In this document: piece by piece, positions 1-8,357 of the stretch
How the letters are laid out: every line of letters starts with the position of its first letter
Position numbering within the stretch: the stretch's first letter is position 1
Source of the DNA: Rectinema sp.
GTDB lineage: Bacteria; Spirochaetota; Spirochaetia; Treponematales; Rectinemataceae
NCBI GenBank assembly: GCA_039679665.1
Contig: JBDKUJ010000136.1
Span: 1-25,854 of the forward strand
DNA: 25,854 nt
Reading direction: 5' to 3'
Notes under the pieces: generated by a model
Seen by the model: only the letters and a program-made list of their open reading frames with translations
Databases searched by the model: none
What the model was told of the DNA's origin: nothing
Position numbers and translations under genes: made by a program

Positions 1-1114
1 CGTAGGCCATCATATAGGCATCGGCGGCATCGCCGTACCAAATCGCCGAGCTGCCGTAGTTGCCGGCTTCCTGGTTGGCGTCGGCTTCCATCAGGATGTC
101 TTCGGCGGAAGCGTAGGCTTCGGAAGCGTTTGTTGCGGCGTTGATACTGTCAGCTTTTTCTTTCGCGGCCGCGGCGTTGTCCTTGCTTTCGTAGGATTTG
201 TACTCGATCCCGCGGGCAGAGACTTCGTCGTAGTAAGAGTTCGCATCCTTGAGGGCGGCGACTCCGGCGGCCAGATCGGTCGGGGAACCGGCAAGCCAGT
301 ATTCTTCCTCGGACGCATAGTTGGCTTCGGCCATCTCGAAGTAGGCGGGCGAATACTTGGCGTAGCCATTGGCGAAAATGACTTCGCGGTTGCTGTTGGC
401 CGTGGCCTTCTCGTACGAGAATTCGTAGGCGAGGGCAGCCTGCTTGTATGCGGAAATGGCCATCGTGTATTCACCGGAGTCTTCGAGGCTCTCGGCTTCC
501 GCGTAGTATTCTTCGGCGCCTTCATAACGGTCGGCGGCCAGTTCGGGAGCCTCCGCGCCGATGGCCTGGAACTTCATGTCGACCGCTTTGTCGCGTTCGG
601 CTTCGACGCGCAGGGGAAGGCCTTCTTTGTTCAGGGCTTCCCATGAGGCCGTCGAATTCTCGAGTTTTTCCTTGACGGGATAGGCGATTGCGCCGTCGTA
701 GGGCACGGTGTCCATTACCGATTCATAATGCGCCTGCGCGGACTGGTATTCTTCTTCGGCCGCGGCGTATTGCTCGGGCAGTACCGATTCGATGCCGTAT
801 TCCTGCGCATCGTTGCGCGAGAGGCTGGCGACGCCGAACAGGTTGCGGAGTTCGACTTCGGAAACGGCGGGCAACGCTTCGAACGTGACCGGGGTGGTTG
901 CAACGACTGCCGGCGCGGCAGGAGTTACGACCGGAGCGGCGGGGGTTACGACGACGGGCGCGGCAGCCGGCACGGTAGTGGTGGTCGTCGCGGCTGGAGG
1001 CGTTTCGGTTCCATTAGTGTTTTCAAGTCCCTTCTTCGGATCCGTCGCGCACGACGCAAAGATGGCGATCGCTGCGATCAGCAGCAGGGCCAGGATTTTT
1101 TTACCTTTATGCAT
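1..1114 (-). CDS. Spirochaetal lipoprotein, acidic Ala/Glu/Tyr-rich helical-repeat protein (3' end runs off the window)
   Basis: Missing from the ORF track because it has no stop in the window. Manual translation gives MHKGKKILALLLIAAIAIFASC-ATDPKK..., i.e. a basic N-region, a hydrophobic core and a lipobox Cys. GGAGGAGG SD at 1121-1128, 6 nt from the ATG at 1114. The frame stays open for more than 370 codons, with a T/P/A/V tether followed by helical repeats. Confidence 0.88.
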   Translation of the reverse strand, partial: MHKGKKILALLLIAAIAIFASCATDPKKGLENTNGTETPPAATTTTTVPAAAPVVVTPAAPVVTPAAPAVVATTPVTFEALPAVSEVELRNLFGVASLSRNDAQEYGIESVLPEQYAAAEEEYQSAQAHYESVMDTVPYDGAIAYPVKEKLENSTASWEALNKEGLPLRVEAERDKAVDMKFQAIGAEAPELAADRYEGAEEYYAEAESLEDSGEYTMAISAYKQAALAYEFSYEKATANSNREVIFANGYAKYSPAYFEMAEANYASEEEYWLAGSPTDLAAGVAALKDANSYYDEVSARGIEYKSYESKDNAAAAKEKADSINAATNASEAYASAEDILMEADANQEAGNYGSSAIWYGDAADAYMMAY

Positions 1115-1303
1115 AGGCATCCTCCTCCGGACAATGATTAAGTTTCTTTATTTTCATACTATACTCATATCGACGCGGAGTCCATGACAAAATAGGGGAA
1201 AAAGCTTCCCCTCAGGCGATGCGCGCTTCGGATCGGCATGGCTCGTCCGCACAATCTTGAATATATCACGATACACTGAAAAATGTGGAAATTCGGAGGA
1301 AGA

Positions 1304-2557
1304 ATGTCGACCAACGTACGAAAGGGACTCATCGCCGGAGGCCTGGCGCTGGCGGGATTGATCGTCCTGGCCATGGTTTTCGCGTATGGAGGAGCCCGGG
1401 CTCCAAAGGCGACTTTGTATTCTTTCGTTTCGGATGAGGGGCTTTCGCTCGAAATAAACGGAATGGATGGCGAGTATGACGGCTTCTGGTGCTGGCCCGC
1501 CAAAAAGCTTTATGGCCGGCTTTACGGCCGACGATCCGGGATTGGGCGCCTTTCCCTTGATCTGCCCGCTTCGGACGGTTCGGACCGGTCTTTGGAAGGG
1601 CGCTTCCTCCTTTTTTCGGGCGACATCGACGCGAAGCTTGTGGAGCGCACGGATGCGCAGGCGGCGAGCAAAGCGGGCGGTATGGATATTCGCCTGAAGA
1701 GGGCGCGCGGAACCGCCTCGGCCGAATCGGTATTGGAAAGCGGAGCGTATTCCGCGAGGATCGATGTCCTGGGCCGGGAAGCGGCTTTCGCGGCACGGCT
1801 CACGGGCAAAGCCGAAGCTTCCGACGGGAAGGGCGGCCGCTTGCCGGAAGCCGAAAGAGGTATCTTTTCGGAATTTTCGCTGAGTACGGTCTCACCGCGT
1901 ACGGATGCACTCGGACCGATTTTCGACGAAGCCTTGCGTCGCGGCCTGGAATCGGGGGCGTATGCCGCTTCGCTCCGGGAAGCGTTCGCGGCCGATATAC
2001 TGGCATTGCACGGCCCCGCCGTGCCGGCGCGGCCGCTGGAATTCAGAGAGCGCCAATTTCCCGTCGGGAGAGCGGGCAAATACCTGAGCGTGGCCACCGA
2101 ACGCTATTACTTTTCCGGAGGAGCGCACGGAAATACGGTCACATCGTTCCGCGCCTTTGATCTGCAAAACGGGAAGACGCTTTTACTGCGCGAAATTCTC
2201 GCGGTCGGAGTCGCTGCGAGCCCTGTGACAGAAGAAAAAACAACGCGCGCGGCCGATGCGACGCGCGGAATCGAAACAATTGCCGGACTGCTGCATAAAG
2301 AAGCGCGGCGTATCCTGAAGCTCGCCCCTGGCCAGTCGTTCACCGAAGCCGGATTCTTTGAGGATGCTCTGCCCCTGTCGGAAGACTGGTTTGCCTGTCC
2401 GGCGGGACTCGGGTTCCACTACGACAGGTATGAACTTGCCGCATATGCGAGGGGAGACTTCTATTTCGTGGTGCCCTGGGCGGAACTTGCCGGAATTGTC
2501 GATCCCGGGCTGGCGGACGCTTTCGCCGGAGCGGCCATACCTCTGGATACGAAGTAA
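1304..2557 (+). CDS. Membrane-anchored RsiV/PdaC-like protein (DUF4163 + DUF3298 domains)
   Basis: N-terminal TM segment GLIAGGLALAGLIVLAMVFA. Motifs YLSV..ERYYFSGGAHGNT...FDLQNGK.L.L.EIL and GLGFHYDRYELAAYARG...VVPW are typical of DUF3298/RsiV. GGAGGA SD at 1295-1300 favours the ATG at 1304. Confidence 0.8.
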   Translation: MSTNVRKGLIAGGLALAGLIVLAMVFAYGGARAPKATLYSFVSDEGLSLEINGMDGEYDGFWCWPAKKLYGRLYGRRSGIGRLSLDLPASDGSDRSLEGRFLLFSGDIDAKLVERTDAQAASKAGGMDIRLKRARGTASAESVLESGAYSARIDVLGREAAFAARLTGKAEASDGKGGRLPEAERGIFSEFSLSTVSPRTDALGPIFDEALRRGLESGAYAASLREAFAADILALHGPAVPARPLEFRERQFPVGRAGKYLSVATERYYFSGGAHGNTVTSFRAFDLQNGKTLLLREILAVGVAASPVTEEKTTRAADATRGIETIAGLLHKEARRILKLAPGQSFTEAGFFEDALPLSEDWFACPAGLGFHYDRYELAAYARGDFYFVVPWAELAGIVDPGLADAFAGAAIPLDTK

Positions 2558-3729
2558 CTGCAAACCGCCACAACAGCGCCGCCGATGAAGACCCAGCGGT
2601 ACCCCGTATTGCCGGCGCTTTTCCAGACGAGACCACCCAGCACCGGCAATGTCATCGCTACCAAGTGATCGATGCTGATGCCGAACGACAGGGTGGGAGA
2701 CAGGTCCTCGGGACGGCTGACGATCTGTTTGGCGTAGACCGCACGCGACATCGACACCGCATCGGAAGCCTGATCGACGACATAGCAGGCGCAGATGACG
2801 ACGAGAGCCGCTCCCGGGGGAAGCAGTTCCGGGGCGAAGGCGTAGAGCATACACAGAACGATCGTGAGCAGGGCTTCGGTTTCAAGCACAGGTCGCGGTC
2901 CGAAACGGTCGGTTATCTTTCCGACGGCAGGTTTCACTGCGATGCCGAGAATGGAAACGATGAAAAAGAGCAGAGTCATCGTGGAGACGGGCTGGTCAAA
3001 CAGATCCACGATCATCCAGGGACCGAAGGTGATGAAAAGCTGTTTGCGCGCTCCGTACAGTACGGAAAGGACATAGAAGCGCGAGTATTCTCTTTTGACT
3101 ACAAAGCGGCGCGCCGCCGCGACGCGGGGCGCCGGCTTCATGAAAAACAGCGAAAGCCCGGCCAGAAAATAGAAAATGGCGCCCACGCTGAAAGCCGTCC
3201 GATAGGAGAGATTCACAAAGCGGAACAGAATGACGAGGACCGCCGCGCCGACGACGAGTGCGGATGTGGTCGAAGCCTGGATCTTGCCCAGGACTCCTCC
3301 TTCGTTTCCCTTTCTCGCGAAGCCCATGCCGATGGAATTAGCGAGCGGCATGTAAATATGGGTGCCCGCACTGAACACGAACACGGAAGCCAGCATTATG
3401 CCGTACACGGGCGGTATCCAGCCCATGGCGAACATGCCGACGGATGCGACCATCCCTGCGATCACGGCTATGCGGACGTCGCCCAGGGCGGCGAGTACAC
3501 CGACGAAAAGGCTCACCAGAAAGCCCGGCAATTCGCGCGGAAATTCGAGCAGCGTGCGCCGCCCAACATCCAGCGCATAATTGTCGCGCAGGTAATTGTT
3601 GAAGGCGGCGGAATTCACGCAGGCACCCAGGCCCATGAATATCGAAGCGAGCACGAAGAGCCGGAAGTCCCTTTCACGACCGGGATCGATCGCCGTGCGG
3701 CCGCCGTCCGCCGCGGGGGATGCTTTCAC
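2461..3729 (-). CDS. MFS transporter
   Basis: 422 aa with about 12 hydrophobic segments and an MFS motif-A-like GKITDRFGPR. The GTG start overlaps the ileS TGA (GTGA). Confidence 0.88.
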   Translation of the reverse strand: MKASPAADGGRTAIDPGRERDFRLFVLASIFMGLGACVNSAAFNNYLRDNYALDVGRRTLLEFPRELPGFLVSLFVGVLAALGDVRIAVIAGMVASVGMFAMGWIPPVYGIMLASVFVFSAGTHIYMPLANSIGMGFARKGNEGGVLGKIQASTTSALVVGAAVLVILFRFVNLSYRTAFSVGAIFYFLAGLSLFFMKPAPRVAAARRFVVKREYSRFYVLSVLYGARKQLFITFGPWMIVDLFDQPVSTMTLLFFIVSILGIAVKPAVGKITDRFGPRPVLETEALLTIVLCMLYAFAPELLPPGAALVVICACYVVDQASDAVSMSRAVYAKQIVSRPEDLSPTLSFGISIDHLVAMTLPVLGGLVWKSAGNTGYRWVFIGGAVVAVCSYFVSRGMAAPAKASASPGSTIPASSAQGTTK

Positions 3730-6700
3730 GATTCCCGTTTGCAGTCGGTCGACACGCGGCGGGCCTGGGCTTTCCAGGTTCTGTCACCGGCTTCGATTTC
3801 GGTCCAGGGGCCTGTGACGGTCGTGACCGCCGCGGCGGACGCGGGGTCAATCCAGTCGAGTTCCACGGCCAGGGTTTCACCGCGCACGAAATCGGAGAAA
3901 AAGTCGAGCGCTTCCTTCAGGTCCGGGGCGTCGGAGAGCATGCCCGAGGAGACTGTCAGGGAGATCCTGTCGGTCACCTCGAAGCCCGCATCCTTGCGCA
4001 GATTCTGCACGCCGCGCACGAGATCGCGCACGTAGCCTTCGCGCAGGAGTTCCGGGCTTATCGATGTATCCAGGGCGACGGTCAGGGTGCCTTCGTTGAG
4101 CACTTTGAGGCCCGGTCTTTCGTCTCTGCGGATATCCAGCTTGGCCGTATCCAGCGCGACCTTGCGGCCCGCGACTTCAATTTCGACAGGCTTGCCCGCG
4201 AGGATGGCGGCAATGACCGAGCCGTCGAGTCCTTCGATGAGCGCCGCCGCCGTCTTCATATCTTTTCCGAGTTCTTTGCCCAGGACACGGAAATTGGCTT
4301 TGGCCGAATATTCGACGAGATCTTCCTCATCCTCGCGGAAGAGCACCGATTTTACGTTGAGTTCTTCGCGCAGCATGTCTTCCATGCCCGCGAGCACGGC
4401 CCTTTCCTCCGGTACCTTCGTTACAAGCTGCACCGAGGCCAGCGGCTGGCGTATCTTGATGTCGTCGGCGACGCGCAGGGCGCGGCCCATCGAAACCGCA
4501 TGGCGCACCGAGGCCATGTCGCGCTCGAGCGTCTCGTCGCGGAATCGCGCATCGTACTCCGGCCAGTCGCAGAGATGGATGGATTCCGGTTCGTCCGCGC
4601 ATTTCAGGTTGAGGTACATCTCTTCGGTGAGAAAGGGGATCACGGGAGCGGCCACAAAAGCCAGCTTGCGCAAGACTCTATACAGAGTGGCATAGGCCTG
4701 CGCCTTGTCGGCGTCGCTTTCGGATTTCCAGAATCTTCTGCGCGATCTCCTGATGTACCAGTTGTTCAGGGCATCGATGAAATCGGTGACGGGAGCGATG
4801 GCGCCCTGCATGTCGTAGGCTTCCATTGCGGAAGTGACACCTGAGACCATTTTTTCGCAGACCGAGAGAATCCAGCGGTCGAGGATGTTGTCGGGTTTGC
4901 CGGAAGGGCCGAATGTCGCGGCTTCGGCGGAAGGGTCGGGGGAAACGCCATCGATGTTGGCGTATGTGACGAAGAATCCGTAGGCATTCCATAGCGGGAG
5001 GATGATGCTTTTGAGCACTTCCTTGACGCCTTCATCGGAATAGCGCAGATCCTCGGCCCGAGTGACGGCGCTGTTCATGAGGAAGAGTCTGAGCGCATCG
5101 GCTCCAAACCGCTCCACTACTCTCATCGGGTCGGTATAGTTTCGCAGGGACTTGGACATTTTCTTGCCGTCTTCGGCGAGCACGAGACCCGATACGATGC
5201 ATGCGTCGAAGGCCTGTGAACCGAAGAGCCCCGCCGCGAGAACGGCGAGCGAATAGAACCAGCCGCGTGTCTGGTCGAGCCCTTCGTTGATGAAATCGGC
5301 GGGGAAATGGGCTTCGAATTTTTCCTTGTTTTCGAAAGGGTAGTGGAGTTGGGCGTAGGGCATCGCTCCCGATTCGAACCAGCAGTCGAGGACTTCAGGG
5401 ATGCGATGCATGGTTCCGCCGCAGGCGCAGGGAAATTCGATCTTGTCCACGAAATGCTTGTGCAGGTCGTGAACCTGTACGCCCGAACGCTGCTCGAGTT
5501 CGGCGCGCGAGCCTATGCAGACGGTTTCGTCGCAATCGGGACATTTCCAGATAGGCAGCGGGTTGCCCCAGTAGCGATTCCGGCTTATGGCCCAGTCGCG
5601 TGCACCTTCGAGCCATTTGCCGAATCGCCCATCGCGTATGTGGACGGGGACCCAGGTCACTTCCTTGTTGCGGGCGACCATGTCGCCCTTGATCGGGTCG
5701 ATCTTGACGAACCAGGAACCTATCGCGCGATAGATGAGGGGGCTCGAACAGCGCCAGCAGTGCGGGTAGGCGTGCAGGATCTGCTCGCGCCTGACGAGCT
5801 TGCCTTCGGATTTCAGCCTTTCGAGTATGGGCTTGTCGGCATCTTTGACGAACATTCCCTTGTAGTCGGGGACCTCATCCGTGAAGCGGCATTCGGCGTC
5901 GATCGGACAGACTGTGGGAATGCCGGTACCTTTCAGAACCTGATAGTCGTCTTCGCCGAAACCGGGAGCGGTATGGACGATACCGGTTCCATCTTCAGTG
6001 GTGACGTGCGATCCCAGGACCGTCACGAAGGCGCCCTGCGCGGTTGCGTCGGCGAAGTAGGGGAAGAGGGGTTCATAGCGGATGCCGGCCAGCCGGGCGC
6101 CTTTCTTTTTCCAGGCGATGTCCAGTTTTTCGGGCTCTTTGTAGTAGGTGCCCAGGCGGCTTTCGGCGAGGATGTAACGCTCGGCTCCGTCGCGGACGCA
6201 TACATAGTCGATATCCGGGCCGAGGCAGAGCGCCATGTTGGAGGGCAGGGTCCAGGGCGTGGTGGTCCATGCCAGAAGATAGGTCGATCCATCGGCCAGG
6301 TCGGCCAAGGACGGATCGGGCTCTCCCGAGGATACGGGCTCTCCCGAGGATACGGGCTCTCCCGAGGATACGGGCGCGGCGGTCACCTTGAAACGGATCG
6401 TGATGGCAGGGTCGTGCACATCCTTGTAACCGCCCAGCGACAGCTCGTGACTGGACAGAACGGTGGAACAGCGGGGGCAATAGGGCAGAATATAGTGGCC
6501 TTCATAGATCAGCCCCTTGTCCCAGAGGGTTTTCATGATCCACCAGATGGTCTCCATATAATCGGGATCCATCGTCTTGTAGTCATGGTCGAAATCGACC
6601 CATCGGCCGAGACGCGTGACGATCTGGCGCCATTCCTTGACGTAGCGCAATACCGAGTCGCGGCATGCTTCGTTGAATTCGGCGATGCCGAATTTTTCTA

Positions 6701-7022
6701 TATCGGTCTTGGAGTTGAGTCCCAGTTTTTTTTCGATCAGGTTTTCGACGGGCAGGCCGTGGCAGTCCCAGCCGAAGCGGCGTTCGACCTTGTAGCCACG
6801 CATGGTTTTATAACGGGGAACCATGTCCTTGATCGTGCCCGGTACGAAATGGCCGAAATGGGGCAGACCAGTGGCGAAGGGGGGGCCGTCATAAAACACG
6901 AACTCGGGGTTCTTGTCCCGCTGGGACACCGACTGTTCGAAGATCCGGCGTTCTTCCCAGAAGCGGAGGACTTCCTCTTCCATTTTCGGGAAGTTGACTT
7001 TCGGATCGACGCTTTTATACAC
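3726..7022 (-). CDS. ileS: Isoleucine--tRNA ligase, type 2 (IleRS2)
   Basis: FYDGPPFATGLPHFGH (HIGH motif), GWDCHGLP, AWTTTPWTLPSN editing motif, GTGIVHTAPGFGEDD, DWAISRNRYWG and KKMSKS. No C-terminal CxxC zinc finger, as expected for type 2. GTG start with AGGAGG SD at 7028-7033. Confidence 0.98.
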   Translation of the reverse strand: MYKSVDPKVNFPKMEEEVLRFWEERRIFEQSVSQRDKNPEFVFYDGPPFATGLPHFGHFVPGTIKDMVPRYKTMRGYKVERRFGWDCHGLPVENLIEKKLGLNSKTDIEKFGIAEFNEACRDSVLRYVKEWRQIVTRLGRWVDFDHDYKTMDPDYMETIWWIMKTLWDKGLIYEGHYILPYCPRCSTVLSSHELSLGGYKDVHDPAITIRFKVTAAPVSSGEPVSSGEPVSSGEPDPSLADLADGSTYLLAWTTTPWTLPSNMALCLGPDIDYVCVRDGAERYILAESRLGTYYKEPEKLDIAWKKKGARLAGIRYEPLFPYFADATAQGAFVTVLGSHVTTEDGTGIVHTAPGFGEDDYQVLKGTGIPTVCPIDAECRFTDEVPDYKGMFVKDADKPILERLKSEGKLVRREQILHAYPHCWRCSSPLIYRAIGSWFVKIDPIKGDMVARNKEVTWVPVHIRDGRFGKWLEGARDWAISRNRYWGNPLPIWKCPDCDETVCIGSRAELEQRSGVQVHDLHKHFVDKIEFPCACGGTMHRIPEVLDCWFESGAMPYAQLHYPFENKEKFEAHFPADFINEGLDQTRGWFYSLAVLAAGLFGSQAFDACIVSGLVLAEDGKKMSKSLRNYTDPMRVVERFGADALRLFLMNSAVTRAEDLRYSDEGVKEVLKSIILPLWNAYGFFVTYANIDGVSPDPSAEAATFGPSGKPDNILDRWILSVCEKMVSGVTSAMEAYDMQGAIAPVTDFIDALNNWYIRRSRRRFWKSESDADKAQAYATLYRVLRKLAFVAAPVIPFLTEEMYLNLKCADEPESIHLCDWPEYDARFRDETLERDMASVRHAVSMGRALRVADDIKIRQPLASVQLVTKVPEERAVLAGMEDMLREELNVKSVLFREDEEDLVEYSAKANFRVLGKELGKDMKTAAALIEGLDGSVIAAILAGKPVEIEVAGRKVALDTAKLDIRRDERPGLKVLNEGTLTVALDTSISPELLREGYVRDLVRGVQNLRKDAGFEVTDRISLTVSSGMLSDAPDLKEALDFFSDFVRGETLAVELDWIDPASAAAVTTVTGPWTEIEAGDRTWKAQARRVSTDCKRES
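6317..6375 (+). repeat. Perfect 18-nt tandem repeat x3 (CGGGCTCTCCCGAGGATA), in frame within ileS
   Basis: Units at 6317-6334, 6335-6352 and 6353-6370, plus a 5-nt partial copy. Encodes PVSSGE x3. Confidence 0.97.
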
Positions 7023-7125
7023 GATGCCCTCCTGGAATTGCTGTGGGACGCCTCTATGCTACATCCGCAATGGACGAAGGAAGCGTAGCGCAGTATGCCA
7101 TGAAAGGCCGGCCTCGTTCCAGATG

Positions 7126-7161
7126 GGAGGCACGATAGGAGGCGACAAGGGAGGCGCCATG
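7126..7161 (+). repeat. Degenerate 12-nt repeat x3 with a GGAGGC core, upstream of ileS
   Basis: GGAGGCACGATA / GGAGGCGACAAG / GGAGGCGCCATG at 7126, 7138 and 7150. Confidence 0.6.
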
Positions 7162-7190
7162 GGGCGCGAAAACGCAGTCGGACGCCTGAG

Positions 7191-8357
7191 TCAGAACGCG
7201 AGTTCCGCCCTGAGCGAGGCCGAGAGGGACCAGGTGCCGCCCGAAGCCGTCGCCGTTCGTGTCGCGCCCGCTCCCATGCTCAGGTCGGAAGTCAGTACAT
7301 CCCGGAAAGAAAAGGAAATTCCGGTCGAGACGGCGCCGGAATCGGGACTCCATCTTGCGTTCGCCGCCGCATTGGTCCAGTCGCCAAGAGGCGCGGAAAG
7401 GCTCGCGAATATGCGGTGCCGTTCGATTCCCGCCGCCAGGCTCCCTTCATATGCGTATTCGGCCAATAACACCGCATCGCCCAATCCCGTGTCGAAACCC
7501 GCCATCGCGCTCCAGACGCCGTCAGCCGCCCGCTCGCCGTCGGCGAGTGTCCATGTGCCTTCGCCGTAGAAGGATGCCGTATTCGTATCGATTTTCAGTT
7601 CGCCCGCCGTCGTCCAGGCGGCCTGTGCGGCGTTTCCCGCGACCGCTCTGCCCGCGGTCGCCGCGACGGAAAATGCGTCGAACAGGAATGCGTATCCGCG
7701 AAGGGCATATTTGCCTCTCCCCGCCGCGAAAGGGGCGGCGATAAAGTCGACGCTCGATACCGGAGTCGGATACAGGGCGACGCGCAGGGCGTCGACCGGC
7801 TGCCGCTGCGGAGTGGTACCGGAATAGTCCGGACGGAAAAAAATATCGGCCGGACTGAACGCCCTTCCTACGCCGAAATTCACGGGAATCCGGCCGGCTT
7901 CGACCATAATGGGTCCGTCCGATACGCGCATGGAAATCTCCCGCAGACCGAGGATGAGAAGCATGTCCGGGGCGGGCCCATTGTCGAAGGCTGGTGCCAT
8001 GAATCTTTGCTGCTCGCCGCTTCCTTCCTGAAGCCATGCGATTTCGGCCGCCTTTCCTCCCGCGGTGGAGAGGTACGCATCGAGTCGGGCGGACGCTTTC
8101 CCCGCCCACATATCGACGACGAAATCGAATTCCGAAGACAGGCCGAAACCGACTGCGCCGGTTTCAAGATCGACTGCGATGCCGGAGCTTTGCGAAACTG
8201 CGCCGCCCGAATCGAATCCGGCGCTCCTGCCGTTTTCCTCCGCGAAAGCGGGCGGGGCGAACGCCATGAAGAGCGAAGCGGCCAACGCAAACGGCGCGTG
8301 CATGCGCGGAGTCGGGCGCCGGCGCGGGTCGGAGCGCGTACTCATCGGCGATTTCAT
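7191..8357 (-). CDS. Putative outer-membrane beta-barrel protein
   Basis: The ATG at 8357 overlaps the upstream TGA (ATGA). Signal peptide ends AFA-EE. Contains amphipathic beta-strands, a GRIPVNFGVGRAFSPADIF motif and the C-terminal beta-signal WSLSASLRAELAF ending in Phe. Confidence 0.72.
   Translation of the reverse strand: MKSPMSTRSDPRRRPTPRMHAPFALAASLFMAFAPPAFAEENGRSAGFDSGGAVSQSSGIAVDLETGAVGFGLSSEFDFVVDMWAGKASARLDAYLSTAGGKAAEIAWLQEGSGEQQRFMAPAFDNGPAPDMLLILGLREISMRVSDGPIMVEAGRIPVNFGVGRAFSPADIFFRPDYSGTTPQRQPVDALRVALYPTPVSSVDFIAAPFAAGRGKYALRGYAFLFDAFSVAATAGRAVAGNAAQAAWTTAGELKIDTNTASFYGEGTWTLADGERAADGVWSAMAGFDTGLGDAVLLAEYAYEGSLAAGIERHRIFASLSAPLGDWTNAAANARWSPDSGAVSTGISFSFRDVLTSDLSMGAGATRTATASGGTWSLSASLRAELAF

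Noticed and set aside
1194-1212. 7-bp hairpin AGGGGAA/TTCCCCT in the divergent intergenic region
   Set aside because: It is weak, has no U-tract, and no recognisable riboswitch or ncRNA consensus surrounds it.
2461-7022. IleRS2 coupled to an MFS pump as a mupirocin-resistance cassette
   Set aside because: IleRS2 is the normal housekeeping form in spirochaetes, the HIGH motif is in canonical order (HFGH), and there are no mobility or biosynthetic genes nearby.
5307-7088. 593-aa + strand ORF, and similar long ORFs at 2665-4035, 3720-4844, 11089-12561, 16618-17688, 18395-19906 (-) and 22996-24369 (-)
   Set aside because: Each lies antisense to a well-supported gene and has no recognisable motifs. 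Long shadow ORFs are expected in GC-rich DNA with strong codon bias.
7023-7190. T-box riboswitch upstream of ileS
   Set aside because: There is no UGGNACC T-box bulge consensus or terminator, and the intergenic space is short.
7159-7569. + strand ORF starting after three GGAGG motifs
   Set aside because: It overlaps the OMP gene antisense for most of its length, the SD spacing is poor (4 nt), and the product has no protein-like features.
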